Assembly: GCA_041690595.1 (NCBI GenBank)
Contig: JAWLHB010000035.1
Coordinates: 1-64,000 of the forward strand
DNA from: Lentisphaeria bacterium
GTDB lineage: Bacteria > Verrucomicrobiota > Lentisphaeria > JABSQK01 > JAWLHB01
Direction: 5' to 3'
Length of the DNA stretch: 64,000 nucleotides
Shown piece after piece: positions 36,644 to 46,904 of the stretch. Under the pieces are notes generated by a model. It ran no database searches, had not been told where the DNA came from, and saw only the letters and a list, made by a program, of their open reading frames with translations. Both the position numbers and the translations under genes were made by a program. The first letter of the stretch is position 1; each line of letters begins with the position of its first letter.

Positions 36644-38956
36644 ATGCTGCGATGCCTCCTGCTGTCCGCCACCGCCGCTCTCCTCTTCCTCGCCGGCTGC
36701 CTGACCCCCTCGGTGCCGACGCCTCGCGAGACCGAATCGCCGGTCGTGAGTGGAACCGGCGACGCGTACATCGGCCTCTCCGTACGCGAGTACGACAAGG
36801 ACGGTGTCGTCGTTGGCTGGATTCTGCCCGGCCCTCTCGAAGGGACCGGCTTCCGTTCCCCCTACCTTACTCGCGGCGACATCATTCTCGAGGTCGACGG
36901 CGTTGTGGTAAAGGATCCTGAGCACTTTTCCGACCTCATCAAGGCGCACCGGCCGGGGGAGACGGTCACCCTCATGATCAATCGGACAGAGGCGGATATC
37001 AACGCCGCGGTTCCCACTCCCGGCGCCGCGATCAACGTCCAGGAACTGCCCGTCACGCTCGTTGACAAGGAATTGTGGACGGGGCCCATCTTCGCGGATA
37101 CCCCCGCTTCCCGCACCCTGCCCGAGATAGTTGCGGAGCCGCCCCCCCTGGAGAAGTACCTTCGCGGCCAACTCGAAGAGCAGGGCATCATGACCGAGGT
37201 GCAGACGCTGCTCGATCTCTTCATCGAGACGGTGGAGGAGCGCGGCGGCTTCCACATGCTCAGCCGCGTGCGTCACGGCTTCGAGTACCCGATGCAGTTC
37301 CCTCAGCTCTGCCGTTTCATCACCGATCCGCTGGCCGACCTGAACCGCGATCCCCGCCAACTGCTGGTGCATGCCGCCAACAACCTCGACGTCGCGCCCC
37401 CGCCTCTGGCCGAGGCCCTGTCGTTGGAGGAGCCCACCGGTGCACTCGCCGAGCTGGCCATCGCCATGGAGCAGGCGCACCTCGCCAACGAGCAGGCCTT
37501 CGCCCAACTCACTCCCGAGGAACTTGCCGCCCTGCCCGGCGCCATTGACGGGTATATGCAGACCCTCTCCGTCTACAGCGACGATCCACTCAAGGTCATC
37601 CGTGCCATGCGTGCCACGACCCGCATCGACTTCGCGGCCCTCTTTGCGGCAGCCGGCCATCTTGCCGGAGTCATGGCGAAAGGCGTCGCCCCACCCGCGG
37701 AGTCCCCGGTCGTGCCCCTGCCAAAGGCCCTCAAGGGCCTCGTCACCGGCGACATTCTGGCGGCGGTCCAGGTCAACGGGCGCTGGTATGTCTATGGTGG
37801 CGTTGGCGACAACACTTATGACGCGAGCAAGCTGGACGTCATCATCGATGCGGGGGGCAACGACACCTACACCTACAGCGAGAGTGAACGGCCCCGGCTG
37901 CAGGTCATCGTCGATCTGGCCGGCAACGACGTTTACAGCGGCGATCCCATCGGCCCAGCCTCGGCGACGCTTGGCGTGAGCCTGCTGGTGGATCACGGCG
38001 GCAATGACCGATACAGCGGCACCATTCGCACCGGCGGCAGCTGCCTCGCCGGGATTGCCGTTCTTCTCGACTATGCCGGCAACGATACCTACACCGGCAA
38101 CACCTGGTCGCTCGGCTCCGGCTTCTACGGCTTGGGCGCCATCGTCGATCTCGGGGGCAGTGACACCTACTGGTCGCATCATGCCTCGCAGGCCATCGGC
38201 GGCCCACTTGGCTTTGGGCTCATCCACGACCGCGGCGGCAACGACCTCTACCGCGCCAATGGTCCGACCGGTTCCGGCTATGGTACGCCCGCCGTCTATT
38301 ACGGCCTCAGCCAGGGCGTCGGTTTCGGCGCGCGCGGCTTCGACAGCGGCGGCATCGGCGTCCTGCAGGATATTGGGGGAGCGGACCGCTATGAGGCGGG
38401 CGAGTTCAGCCAGGGCGGCGGCTACTTCTGGGGGCTGGGGATTCTTGACGAGCATCATGGGGACGATCTCTACTACGGCAATCGCTACGGGCAGGGCTTC
38501 GGCTGCCACCAGGCGTTGGGTGCTCTGCTGGACCGCAATGGCAACGACACCTACTGGGCCATGACCGCCGCCACGCAGGGCGCCGGCTGGGACATCGGCA
38601 TGGGGCTGCTGGAAGATATGCAGGGCAACGACACCTATCGCGCCCCCGGCCTCAGCCAGGGTGGCGCCGCCATGCAGGCCATCGCCTGGCTCATCGATTG
38701 GCAGGGCACCGATCACTACCAGGCCGCTGCTCGCGGCACCCAGGGCAGCGGCGCCGGCAACTCCTACCACTACGATCGCACCAAGGCCATGAGTTGGGGT
38801 TTCTTCCTCGATGCCGGCGGCACCACCGACTTCTACGCCACCGACCGCCAGAACGGCCAGACCCTCAAGACTGGCAGTCTCAACGAGGAGCATCCCGAGA
38901 ACAGCTTCCTCCACGGCCTCTTCATCGACACCGCCGAACCGCTCACGTTTCCCTAG
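36644..38956 (+). CDS. Lipoprotein with PDZ domain and Gly-rich DxxGxDxY repeat region
   Basis: Lipobox LAGC, PDZ-like YIGL...RGDIILEVDG...GETVTLMINR, about 12 D-x-x-G-(N/D/S/T/A)-D-x-Y repeats. Confidence 0.75.
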   Translation: MLRCLLLSATAALLFLAGCLTPSVPTPRETESPVVSGTGDAYIGLSVREYDKDGVVVGWILPGPLEGTGFRSPYLTRGDIILEVDGVVVKDPEHFSDLIKAHRPGETVTLMINRTEADINAAVPTPGAAINVQELPVTLVDKELWTGPIFADTPASRTLPEIVAEPPPLEKYLRGQLEEQGIMTEVQTLLDLFIETVEERGGFHMLSRVRHGFEYPMQFPQLCRFITDPLADLNRDPRQLLVHAANNLDVAPPPLAEALSLEEPTGALAELAIAMEQAHLANEQAFAQLTPEELAALPGAIDGYMQTLSVYSDDPLKVIRAMRATTRIDFAALFAAAGHLAGVMAKGVAPPAESPVVPLPKALKGLVTGDILAAVQVNGRWYVYGGVGDNTYDASKLDVIIDAGGNDTYTYSESERPRLQVIVDLAGNDVYSGDPIGPASATLGVSLLVDHGGNDRYSGTIRTGGSCLAGIAVLLDYAGNDTYTGNTWSLGSGFYGLGAIVDLGGSDTYWSHHASQAIGGPLGFGLIHDRGGNDLYRANGPTGSGYGTPAVYYGLSQGVGFGARGFDSGGIGVLQDIGGADRYEAGEFSQGGGYFWGLGILDEHHGDDLYYGNRYGQGFGCHQALGALLDRNGNDTYWAMTAATQGAGWDIGMGLLEDMQGNDTYRAPGLSQGGAAMQAIAWLIDWQGTDHYQAAARGTQGSGAGNSYHYDRTKAMSWGFFLDAGGTTDFYATDRQNGQTLKTGSLNEEHPENSFLHGLFIDTAEPLTFP

Positions 38957-39039
38957 ATAGTACGGCGCGAGGTAGCCCGCTTGAGCCAGACCGGCCACCA
39001 GCCGGCTGGCGCCTCTCACTCCCTATACAGGTGTTTCTC

Positions 39040-40011
39040 ATGACCGACCCCATCATCACCGGTTCCTGGATTGACGTTGTTCATCTCAATGCCCGCGAAG
39101 GGGTTTACTGGAACCGCATGACGCTCGCCTATTCGGATGAGGACTGGGCGGTGCTGCTTCGTCACCTGCGGCGAGATCTCGGCATCGAGATTCTCATCCT
39201 CCAGAACCTTGTCTCCCATGGCCTCGCCATCTATCCCTCGCGGATCTACACGCAGCAATGGCAGACGCGCAACTGCGCGGATCCGCTGGGTGCGATCATG
39301 CGGGCCGCCTCCACCGAAGGCATCGCCATGTATATCGGGGTCGGCGCTTCCCCCAGCGGTATCGCCGAGGAAGCCCGCGAACTGAAAGCCGTGTCCGAGG
39401 AGATCCTCGCGCGCTATGGCGACGAAGCCTCCTTCACCGGCTGGTACATGACGACCGAGATGTACTTCGAGCAGGGGCTCTTGATGCCGGACCAGATTGC
39501 TCGCGGCGCCGCCCTCTCCGAGGTCTGGCAGGCGCTCACGCCCGATCTGCCGCGCCTCGGTTCCCCCTTCTTCCTCGGCGGCAATTGCTACGTCGCCTCC
39601 GAAGAGCGGCTCGTGGAGGAGTTGAAGCGCCTGGGGCTTACCGTTATTGCCTATCAGGATGGGGTCGGCTGTGGTTCGGGCCGCGCCACACCTGTTCCTC
39701 CCGAGAACAACCGCCGCCTCTATGCCGCCCTACGCGCCGCCCATGATCGCGCCGGGGTTACGCTCTGGGCCAACACGGAAGCCTTTGTCTTCGAAAACGC
39801 AATTTGGGCTCAGCCGCTGCTGCCCGCTCCCTTCGAACGGCTGCGCCGCCAGATCGAGGAAGCCGCCCCCCATGTGGACCGGATCGTTTCGTACACGGTC
39901 CCTGGCCTGCTGACCTCTCAAACCATCTGCCCCGACCTTGGCGCCCCCGCCACCGAAAGCCTCTACCAGGAGTATCGCCGCTACCTCCAGAAACTGCGAC
40001 CGTCCGCATGA
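39040..40011 (+). CDS. DUF4434-like putative glycoside hydrolase (TIM barrel)
   Basis: ITGSWID, LGIEILILQ, SFTGWYMTTE, YQDGVG, LWANTEAF, PAPFERLRRQI. Confidence 0.7.
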   Translation: MTDPIITGSWIDVVHLNAREGVYWNRMTLAYSDEDWAVLLRHLRRDLGIEILILQNLVSHGLAIYPSRIYTQQWQTRNCADPLGAIMRAASTEGIAMYIGVGASPSGIAEEARELKAVSEEILARYGDEASFTGWYMTTEMYFEQGLLMPDQIARGAALSEVWQALTPDLPRLGSPFFLGGNCYVASEERLVEELKRLGLTVIAYQDGVGCGSGRATPVPPENNRRLYAALRAAHDRAGVTLWANTEAFVFENAIWAQPLLPAPFERLRRQIEEAAPHVDRIVSYTVPGLLTSQTICPDLGAPATESLYQEYRRYLQKLRPSA

Positions 40012-40027
40012 TGCCGGCGGCAGGCGG

Positions 40028-41266
40028 TCAGGTGGGGGACCAGGCTTCCTGCTCGAGCCAGCCGTGGGCGATGGTGGCGGCAAGCTCGGGAGCGAAGGGG
40101 AAGGCGGGATGAGTCTGGAGCCAGCTTTGGGCGCGTTCGAGGGCGTGGGAGGAGAGGGGCGTGAGGAGATTGCGCAGGCGCAGAATAGTCGGGCGGTCAC
40201 AGCGCCAGAGGGTCAGCGGATGGATGGCATGAAGCTGGGCGGCGATACACAGGCCGGCGAGGTCGGTGTCGCCCCAGTGTCGTAGGCGACAGGATGAAGG
40301 GAGCAGCTCGACGAGGCGACAGACGGCGGCGTTGGGGAAGCCGGCGGTATAGATGGTGAGCCCTGGTTGGGCTTCGCGGGCCAGGCGGCAGAAGGGCGTC
40401 TCATTCTCGCAGGTCAACGCTGTCTCCGCGGGAAGTTCGACCTGCTCGATGTCGCGGAGGTTGTCCCAGCTGAGGGTGGCGGTCTGGCCAGCTTGCCAGA
40501 GCTGAGAGATCCAGTCGAAGCGGCGACCGCCGAGGGTATAGACGAGTGGGCCGAAGAGGGTGACCTTGATGGCGGTGGGGTTATCGACGACCTGGAATCT
40601 GGAGAGGAGCGTCCCGCGATCCGCCTCGGGATCGTCGGCGAGAATGGCCAGCCAGTCAGTGACGAGGGTTCGCAGGTCGCCGGGGCGTAGGGCCTTGCTG
40701 TCGCCGGCGAAACGAGCGGCGAGTTCCGCGCCAGCGATTGGCTGGCGGTTTCCGGCAAGAAATCGGACGATCTCACCGGCGAGGAAGAGCTGTCGACGCA
40801 GGGAGTCGAGGCCGCCGGCGCGGGCGCGCCGTTCCCAGGCTTCGGGAGCGGCTTCCAGGCTGTCGGCAATCGGGATCAGATCGGGGAAGGCAAGGCGCCA
40901 GCTGGCGAGCAGATCGGCGGTGCCAACTGCCAGATGACGGCGCTCCGCGGACCGGTTGCGGCGGGTGCGCCCAAGGGTTGCGTAGAGGGCGGCAATCCAC
41001 GCTTGGCGCTGAGCGGCGTCAAGGTTCTGGAAGATGGCGTTGAAACGCAGGGTGACCCTGCCGGCGCGGCTGACGGCGACTGCCTTGACGGGAAAGATGC
41101 CCTGGAGGCTGCCGAGGCGGGGGCCGAGGTCGGCGCGCTCCCCTATGGTCATGGTACCGGAGAGATCGCCCGCCTTGTCGCAGCGGTCGGCGATCTGTTC
41201 GAGCAGGGGGCGCAAGTCCGGGGTCGTGGCGAGCAAGTGTTCCAGGATCTTGGCGATCTCGCTCAC
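40028..41266 (-). CDS. jetD: Wadjet JetD-like TOPRIM nuclease (DUF2399 / TIGR02679-like)
   Basis: LAARFAGDSKAL, TOPRIM Glu in CENETPF, YTAGFP, HWGDTDLAG (DxD), LEQE. GTGA overlap with jetC. Confidence 0.85.
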   Translation of the reverse strand: MSEIAKILEHLLATTPDLRPLLEQIADRCDKAGDLSGTMTIGERADLGPRLGSLQGIFPVKAVAVSRAGRVTLRFNAIFQNLDAAQRQAWIAALYATLGRTRRNRSAERRHLAVGTADLLASWRLAFPDLIPIADSLEAAPEAWERRARAGGLDSLRRQLFLAGEIVRFLAGNRQPIAGAELAARFAGDSKALRPGDLRTLVTDWLAILADDPEADRGTLLSRFQVVDNPTAIKVTLFGPLVYTLGGRRFDWISQLWQAGQTATLSWDNLRDIEQVELPAETALTCENETPFCRLAREAQPGLTIYTAGFPNAAVCRLVELLPSSCRLRHWGDTDLAGLCIAAQLHAIHPLTLWRCDRPTILRLRNLLTPLSSHALERAQSWLQTHPAFPFAPELAATIAHGWLEQEAWSPT

Positions 41267-44200
41267 GCCTCATCCTCGAAGGCAATGGGTTTCGTTTCGG
41301 TTTGATACTCGCCGAGGAGCTCCGGCTGGGGAAAGGCCGCTTCATTGCGGTAGTTGTAGGGGAAGAGGTGGACGCGATAGTTCTCGTCCTTGACGATCAG
41401 CAGCGTGGTCGACGAGCGGATCTCCTGCTTGACGCCGTCCTGATCGGGTGACGCGACGAAGAGTTGCAGGCCAAGGTCGGAGGCAAAGCCGAGGAGCTGG
41501 TCGCGGCGACCGCTGTCGATGCCGTAGAAGGCCTCGTCGAAGAGGAGTACCGGCAGCTTGAGCTGGTTGCCGGTATAGTGGAAGTCGGCGATGGTGAGGA
41601 TGAGCAGGTAGTTGGGGACGGCCTGCTCGCCGCCGGAGCCGAGGCTCTTGGTGCGGCGGTCGATGACGATGCCGTCGTCGTTGACGGAGGCGACGGCCAG
41701 CTCGTAGTGGAACCAGTTGCGGTAGTCGAGGAGATCCGGGATTTCGCCGGGGGCGGTCTCCTTGATCTCGCGCCGATGCTCGTCGAAGAAGTGGCGGAGA
41801 TCCTCGCCGGTTTTCGGGTCGAAGATGTTGAATTCTCGGACGATGCGGACGAGGTGGCGGGTCTGGTCGTTCTCGCGCAGTTGGAAGCGGTAGCGGTGGC
41901 TGCCGAACTGGCGGTCGACCAGCAGGCGGTTAATGCGTTTGAGCATGTCGTCGAGCTTGCTGACGTGCTCGCGGAAGAAGCGCAGCAGCTCGTTCATGAC
42001 GACCTGGCGGAAGAGTTCGCTGGTCTTGTCGTTGATGATGCTCTGCTGTTCGGCGACGGTCTGCTCCTGGCCGGTGCACAGCTCGGCAACGGGAACGGAG
42101 CGGCGGTCGCGCAGCTCATTGCTCTTTTCGTTGTAGTAGAGGCCGTACTGGCTGCCGTAGGTGGGGTGACGCGCACGTTCGCGAATCATCGTCTGTTGCT
42201 GCGTCTCCACCCCCTCGGAGCGTCGGCGCTCGGCGGCGATGGCGTCCACGGAGCGGAACTGGACCCCTTTCCAAGTGCGCAGGACATAGTAGTCGATATC
42301 TGCGATGGTTGGATCCAGAGCGCGAAGCTCCTCGGCGGCGCTCTCCCGTTCAGCGGTGAGGCGAACCTTTTCCTCGCTCGACTCTCTGCTTTTCGTCGCC
42401 AGCTCCTCCAGGCGCAGCTTGTGCATGCCGAGACTCTGCTGATGGTCATCGGCTCGACTGCGCTCCCCTTCGAGCTTGCGCTCCAAGGCGCCGATCTGCT
42501 GATCGAGCCGGTCGAGGCCTTCTTTCGCGATCATGGCCCGGATATCGACGAGGCGCTGGCGGCGATGGGCAATCTCGTCGGCAACGGCTTGCTGGCGGCG
42601 TCGTGCATCGTCGTGGCGCGAGGCGGAGAAGGTCGCCTGACGACTGATGTCGATGACGCCGTGGGACGCGCGGACAGATGCCGGCAGGTCGATACTCAGC
42701 AGGTTGAGAAGGGTATCCAGATTCTCCGCGGCACTCTGGAGCTCCCGCCGCCGGCGCTCCAGCTCCCGCTGCTGACGGTTATTCTCCTTGACCTGCGCTT
42801 CCAACTCGCGGATCTGCCGCCGCAGCGCCTCGCGACGACTTTCGGCGCCGATCAGGCGGGCCGGCGGGGCCGCCAGCCGCCGCACGTGAGCGCGAAAGCT
42901 GAGGAGCTTGTGCGAGAGGTAGTCGCTCACTTCGGGGCCATGATCGCTGTGCATTTCGGTGGCGAGGCAGGCCAGGGCGCGCGGATCGCTGTGGGCGATG
43001 TCGAAGTGCTGGCGCATCCAGTCCGGCAGGGGTTTGTCGCCAGTGACGGGTCGGGCGAGGCGCAAGCCGGGGAAGTCGCGGAATAGGGCCGCGCGGGCGG
43101 GCTCGAGTTCGTCCTCACGCACGATGAAGGTGGCCAGGATTTCTTCGCCGATCAGCTCCTCGATGGTGGCCTGGATGGTGCGAGTGAGCCCCGGCTGCCA
43201 TTCGAGCCCTTCGTAGAGGGGGACGGCCGTCACCATCGCCTTGCGCAACGCGTCGGAGGCCTCGCTGAAGCCGGGCAGATCCGGAGCGGCCTCCTCCTGG
43301 TCGCGCCACTGCTGGAGCTGAAGCTGCATGCCGGCAAGCTGCTTCTGCAACTCGTCGCGCTCGCGATCCAGCAGGGTGAGTTGTCCGCTCAGCTCGCGCT
43401 GATGCCGATTCGCTTCCGTCTGCACCGGGGCGGGCTCCAGCTCGATCAGGGCCTGTTCGGGTTCTTCCAGCCGAAGGGCCGCGGCGAGAGCCTCGATGAT
43501 GTCGCCGATGGAGAACGGGAGGGTGGGAGCGAGGCGGCTCAGCTCCTGATGCAGCTTGCGGCCGCTGCTCGCAACGCCCAGGCGCTCCTGGAGCAGGCGG
43601 CGCGTCATCTCGCGCATGGCGAGCTCCGCGGCTTTGGTTTCGCGTTCATGTTCGCTCAGCGTTTCTTCCAGACGGCTTACTTCGCCGGAGAGTTCCTTCT
43701 CCTGGCGGACCAGGCCGCTTGCATCGCGACTTCTGAGATCCGCCAGCCGCTCGTTCATGCGGCGCTGCTCCTGATGGGAGCTCTCGATCAGCTGCAGCAA
43801 GGCCTCCTGCTCCGTGGTCAACCTCGTTGTCTCTTCTCCGATGCGGATCATCTCCGCTTCGATGCGTTCCAGGCGCAGGTGCCGGTCGAGCCACGTGTAG
43901 CGCTTCTGCTCGAGGCGACAGCGAGTGACGTCGTCGACCAGCTTGGCCAGATCCTGCAGCCATTCGAGCCGCTTCCGCAGCTCCTGCAGCTCCGCCTGGC
44001 TCTGATCGAGGGAGGTGAGCGCCTCGATGATCCGCTGAAAGATCTCGCGCGAAGGCTCCGGCAGGAGGCGGCGGAAGAGTTCGTGGTAATCTCCGGCGCT
44101 GGCGACAATTTCGCGGTAGGCCTTGCCCATACCGAGGAGACGGCAACTTTCCTGGAAGCGGTCGTCGCCACCGAAGAAGCGCTCGGCCAGTTCCTTCTCG

Positions 44201-44727
44201 TAGGCGCCGATCGTGCCGAAGTAGCCGCTGGAGAGGTGCTGGCGGAGTTCCTCGCCAGTCGCGGCACGCGTGCCGTGCAGGTCGTCGATCGTGAAGGGAA
44301 TCTCTTCGAGGGGGCATTCGCGGATGACGCCCCAGCGCTTGACGGGTTCATCCATGGCGCGGGTGCTGATGCCTACCGCCACGGTGGTGGGCTTGCCCTG
44401 TCGTCCGGCGATTTCCAGTGCGGCGTAGGTAATGCCGCCGGTCTTGTTGAGGGGCCCGGTGTCGACGTTGTAGCGCATGACGATGCCCTGCATGCGCCGT
44501 CCGCCATCGCGCCGTCCGGCGATGCGGGCCGCGGCGTTGAACTCCATGCGCCCGGCGGTGAGCACGTAGTGGATCGCGTCGAGGACGGTCGTCTTGCCGC
44601 AGGCGTTATCGCCGAGCAGGAAGAGGTGGCCGCCATTTTTCAACTCGATAGTCTCGTTGACGAAGTTGTGGAAGTTGATCAGCCGGATGCGGCGGATCTC
44701 ATAGAAGGTCTGTTTCGCTGGAGGCAT
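41263..44727 (-). CDS. jetC: Wadjet JetC-like SMC ATPase (TIGR02680-like)
   Basis: RLINFHNF, Walker A GDNACGKTT, long coiled coils with a central hinge, LDYRNWF, signature GSGGEQ, Walker B LLFDEAF. Confidence 0.9.
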   Translation of the reverse strand: MPPAKQTFYEIRRIRLINFHNFVNETIELKNGGHLFLLGDNACGKTTVLDAIHYVLTAGRMEFNAAARIAGRRDGGRRMQGIVMRYNVDTGPLNKTGGITYAALEIAGRQGKPTTVAVGISTRAMDEPVKRWGVIRECPLEEIPFTIDDLHGTRAATGEELRQHLSSGYFGTIGAYEKELAERFFGGDDRFQESCRLLGMGKAYREIVASAGDYHELFRRLLPEPSREIFQRIIEALTSLDQSQAELQELRKRLEWLQDLAKLVDDVTRCRLEQKRYTWLDRHLRLERIEAEMIRIGEETTRLTTEQEALLQLIESSHQEQRRMNERLADLRSRDASGLVRQEKELSGEVSRLEETLSEHERETKAAELAMREMTRRLLQERLGVASSGRKLHQELSRLAPTLPFSIGDIIEALAAALRLEEPEQALIELEPAPVQTEANRHQRELSGQLTLLDRERDELQKQLAGMQLQLQQWRDQEEAAPDLPGFSEASDALRKAMVTAVPLYEGLEWQPGLTRTIQATIEELIGEEILATFIVREDELEPARAALFRDFPGLRLARPVTGDKPLPDWMRQHFDIAHSDPRALACLATEMHSDHGPEVSDYLSHKLLSFRAHVRRLAAPPARLIGAESRREALRRQIRELEAQVKENNRQQRELERRRRELQSAAENLDTLLNLLSIDLPASVRASHGVIDISRQATFSASRHDDARRRQQAVADEIAHRRQRLVDIRAMIAKEGLDRLDQQIGALERKLEGERSRADDHQQSLGMHKLRLEELATKSRESSEEKVRLTAERESAAEELRALDPTIADIDYYVLRTWKGVQFRSVDAIAAERRRSEGVETQQQTMIRERARHPTYGSQYGLYYNEKSNELRDRRSVPVAELCTGQEQTVAEQQSIINDKTSELFRQVVMNELLRFFREHVSKLDDMLKRINRLLVDRQFGSHRYRFQLRENDQTRHLVRIVREFNIFDPKTGEDLRHFFDEHRREIKETAPGEIPDLLDYRNWFHYELAVASVNDDGIVIDRRTKSLGSGGEQAVPNYLLILTIADFHYTGNQLKLPVLLFDEAFYGIDSGRRDQLLGFASDLGLQLFVASPDQDGVKQEIRSSTTLLIVKDENYRVHLFPYNYRNEAAFPQPELLGEYQTETKPIAFEDEA

Positions 44728-45379
44728 CGTCGGCCATGGTGCTGGTATCGTCCGCCGGCTGGACAGCCTGGGCGAGACGGGTGCTGTTGTAGTGGTAGAG
44801 GGCGGGCAGGGCTTCGAAGATGACGTCGTCATCGTTGATGGCGAGATCCGCCGGGGGCTTCTCCTTTTTCACCAGGCGGTACTTTTCGAGACTGGGGAAG
44901 ATCTCGCGGAGGATGCGGCGCACGCCGTCCTCCGAGTATTGATCGGCTTTGTCCGGGTAGAGGTCGTGAAAGCGGCGATGGGCGGCATGGAGAAAGTCGC
45001 CGAAGCGGAAGCGCAGATTCTCGAGGTCATCGGCGCCCATGTCATTCTCTTCGAGCTGGTGTTCGTAGAACTCGAGGAGCATCATGAAAGCGAGGCATTC
45101 GTCGCGCTTGCGGAAGCCGAAGAGTTCACGGTTTGCTTCGGTGATGGCGGGATTGTACCAGCGCTCTTTGTAGACTCGGGCGCACTTCTGGTCGAGCAGG
45201 AGCGTCCACCCGTAATAGTCCTGGAAGAAGCGCATGAATTGCTGCTGATAGCGCCGCAGGAAGAAGAAGAGATCCTCGTGATCGGTGCGGTAGAAATAGG
45301 GGGTCTCGACGAGGATGTTGAGTACCGCGCGGACATTGTCCGCTTGGCGTTCGAGGAGGGTCGAGAGATCGTCAGCCAT
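44699..45379 (-). CDS. jetB: Wadjet JetB-like kite protein (DUF2398 / TIGR02678-like)
   Basis: About 226 aa between the kleisin-like and SMC genes; LVETPYF, FQDYYGWTL, ARVYK, ALPALYHY; overlaps both neighbours. Confidence 0.78.
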   Translation of the reverse strand: MADDLSTLLERQADNVRAVLNILVETPYFYRTDHEDLFFFLRRYQQQFMRFFQDYYGWTLLLDQKCARVYKERWYNPAITEANRELFGFRKRDECLAFMMLLEFYEHQLEENDMGADDLENLRFRFGDFLHAAHRRFHDLYPDKADQYSEDGVRRILREIFPSLEKYRLVKKEKPPADLAINDDDVIFEALPALYHYNSTRLAQAVQPADDTSTMADDASSETDLL

Positions 45380-46904
45380 GGAGATGCCTCTGCAGTTCAA
45401 GTTCGCGGAAGTCGAGCTGACGCTCATCCTCGAGGGCGATGATGGCCGGTTCATCGAGGCTGCGCAGGACGAAGTCGATGCGCTGAAGGCGCCGGCCGCG
45501 GTTCAGCAGTCCCGCCTTGGAAAGCTCGATCACCTGCACCAAGTCCGCCAGGCTTTCGAAGCGCCCGTGGGAGAGTTTCGCGGGCGGTGACTGACCGGCG
45601 AGGATCTTGGCTTCCAGCCAGGCTTTGAGCTGCTCGAGGCGCGCTTCGTCCAAGGATCGGACGGGCTTGTCGCCAGCGGGTTTCGAGGCCAGATAGACGG
45701 GGGGCTGAGCCTGGCGCGGGGCGTGGCGGCGGGGCTGGTCGGGGTCGGCTTTAGAGAATTCATCCCAGTAGTGGGGGTCGCCGCGCATCTGGGCCGGAGC
45801 CAGCAGCTCGCGCAGGAAGCGGCTGGGCACCTCCATCTCCGGCAAGGTTGCCATTTCGCGCAGCCGAGCGCGGAGATCGTCCAGCCGGGTGCTTTTGCGT
45901 TCGAGTTCGCGCAGGTGGGCGTGGAGCTTGCGCCAGACATCGATCGCTGTCTGATTGATGCGCCGGCAGAGGCGGTCGAGGGTGCCGTGCTCGCGATAGA
46001 AGGCGTCGAGTTGTTCAGGGACATGGCCGAGGTTGAGGGCGCCGCGGCCGCGGTAGAGATGGGGGCTGCTCTTGCGTTCGCTCTCCATGGCCGCCAGGCA
46101 GTTGCCCAGCTTTTCGCGCATGCGGTCGGTCAGCAGTCTTTCGATGTTCGGCAGGGCGTCCCGACGCAGCTTCTCGACCTGCATCAGGAACTTCTCCACG
46201 TAGTGGTCCAGTTCGTCGAGGATCTGGCGTACCTCGGCCAGCTCGTAAGCACCGAGCAGGAAACTCAACATGCGGGCATTGAAGGTGCCCAGTCCATCAT
46301 TGACCTGATAGGTGACATCGGCGACCTTGTGCAACTGATAAAGAATCCGGCGCGCATCGTCAACGTCGGCATTGACGGATTCGGCGCGATGGAGCAATCG
46401 CAGCAGCTCCCGCAGCGAACCGCACAGCTCCTCGAGGAGGTCGCGCGTGTCGTCGCCGGTCGCCTCGTAGTCCTCTTCGAGTCGTTCTTCGAGCCACTGC
46501 AGGAAGGCAGCGCATTCATCCGTCAGGCGATAGCGGAACTTGGCTTTGCGCTGATCGCGATAGCCGCGCAGACGCTGCTTCTCGATGCGGCATTCGACCA
46601 GCTTCCACGCCTGGAGCTGGTTGATGTCATCGCGAAAGCGCTCGAAGGTGTACGGCTCCGCGTCACCTGCTTCCTGTGCCGGCACCACGGCGTTGAAGAT
46701 GTCTTCGTAGAGAGGCTCCAGTTCGTGCTCGCGGCGAAAGATCAGGAGTCGAAAGAGGATGTGGATATAGGGCACCGCCCGTTCCGCCGCCAGCAGCTGC
46801 CCCAGAGCCGCGTTGCGGTTCGTGACCAGCAGCGCTGCCTCTCCCCTGTGGTAGCCGGTGAGATAGTCGTCACCCAGCAAGCTCGGTTTGTATTCTTTCT
46901 CCAC
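45372..46904 (-). CDS. jetA: Wadjet JetA-like kleisin (DUF2397 / TIGR02677-like)
   Basis: LLAAERAVPYIHIL, DINQLQAWKLV, FRYRLT winged-helix N-terminus, helical body; first of a four-gene SMC operon. GGAGG RBS before GTG 46904. Confidence 0.8.
   Translation of the reverse strand: MEKEYKPSLLGDDYLTGYHRGEAALLVTNRNAALGQLLAAERAVPYIHILFRLLIFRREHELEPLYEDIFNAVVPAQEAGDAEPYTFERFRDDINQLQAWKLVECRIEKQRLRGYRDQRKAKFRYRLTDECAAFLQWLEERLEEDYEATGDDTRDLLEELCGSLRELLRLLHRAESVNADVDDARRILYQLHKVADVTYQVNDGLGTFNARMLSFLLGAYELAEVRQILDELDHYVEKFLMQVEKLRRDALPNIERLLTDRMREKLGNCLAAMESERKSSPHLYRGRGALNLGHVPEQLDAFYREHGTLDRLCRRINQTAIDVWRKLHAHLRELERKSTRLDDLRARLREMATLPEMEVPSRFLRELLAPAQMRGDPHYWDEFSKADPDQPRRHAPRQAQPPVYLASKPAGDKPVRSLDEARLEQLKAWLEAKILAGQSPPAKLSHGRFESLADLVQVIELSKAGLLNRGRRLQRIDFVLRSLDEPAIIALEDERQLDFRELELQRHLHG

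Noticed and set aside
37780..38840. Recurrent GGCAACGAC-like DNA repeats as a possible CRISPR or tandem array
   Set aside because: They are degenerate, in frame and encode the GND protein repeat; no constant repeat-spacer structure and no cas genes.
36557..39019. 820-aa minus-strand ORF
   Set aside because: Antisense shadow of the PDZ repeat lipoprotein.
41263..44727. Housekeeping SMC, SbcC or RecN
   Set aside because: Flanked by kleisin-like, kite-like and TOPRIM genes in jetABCD order; no sbcD or scpAB.
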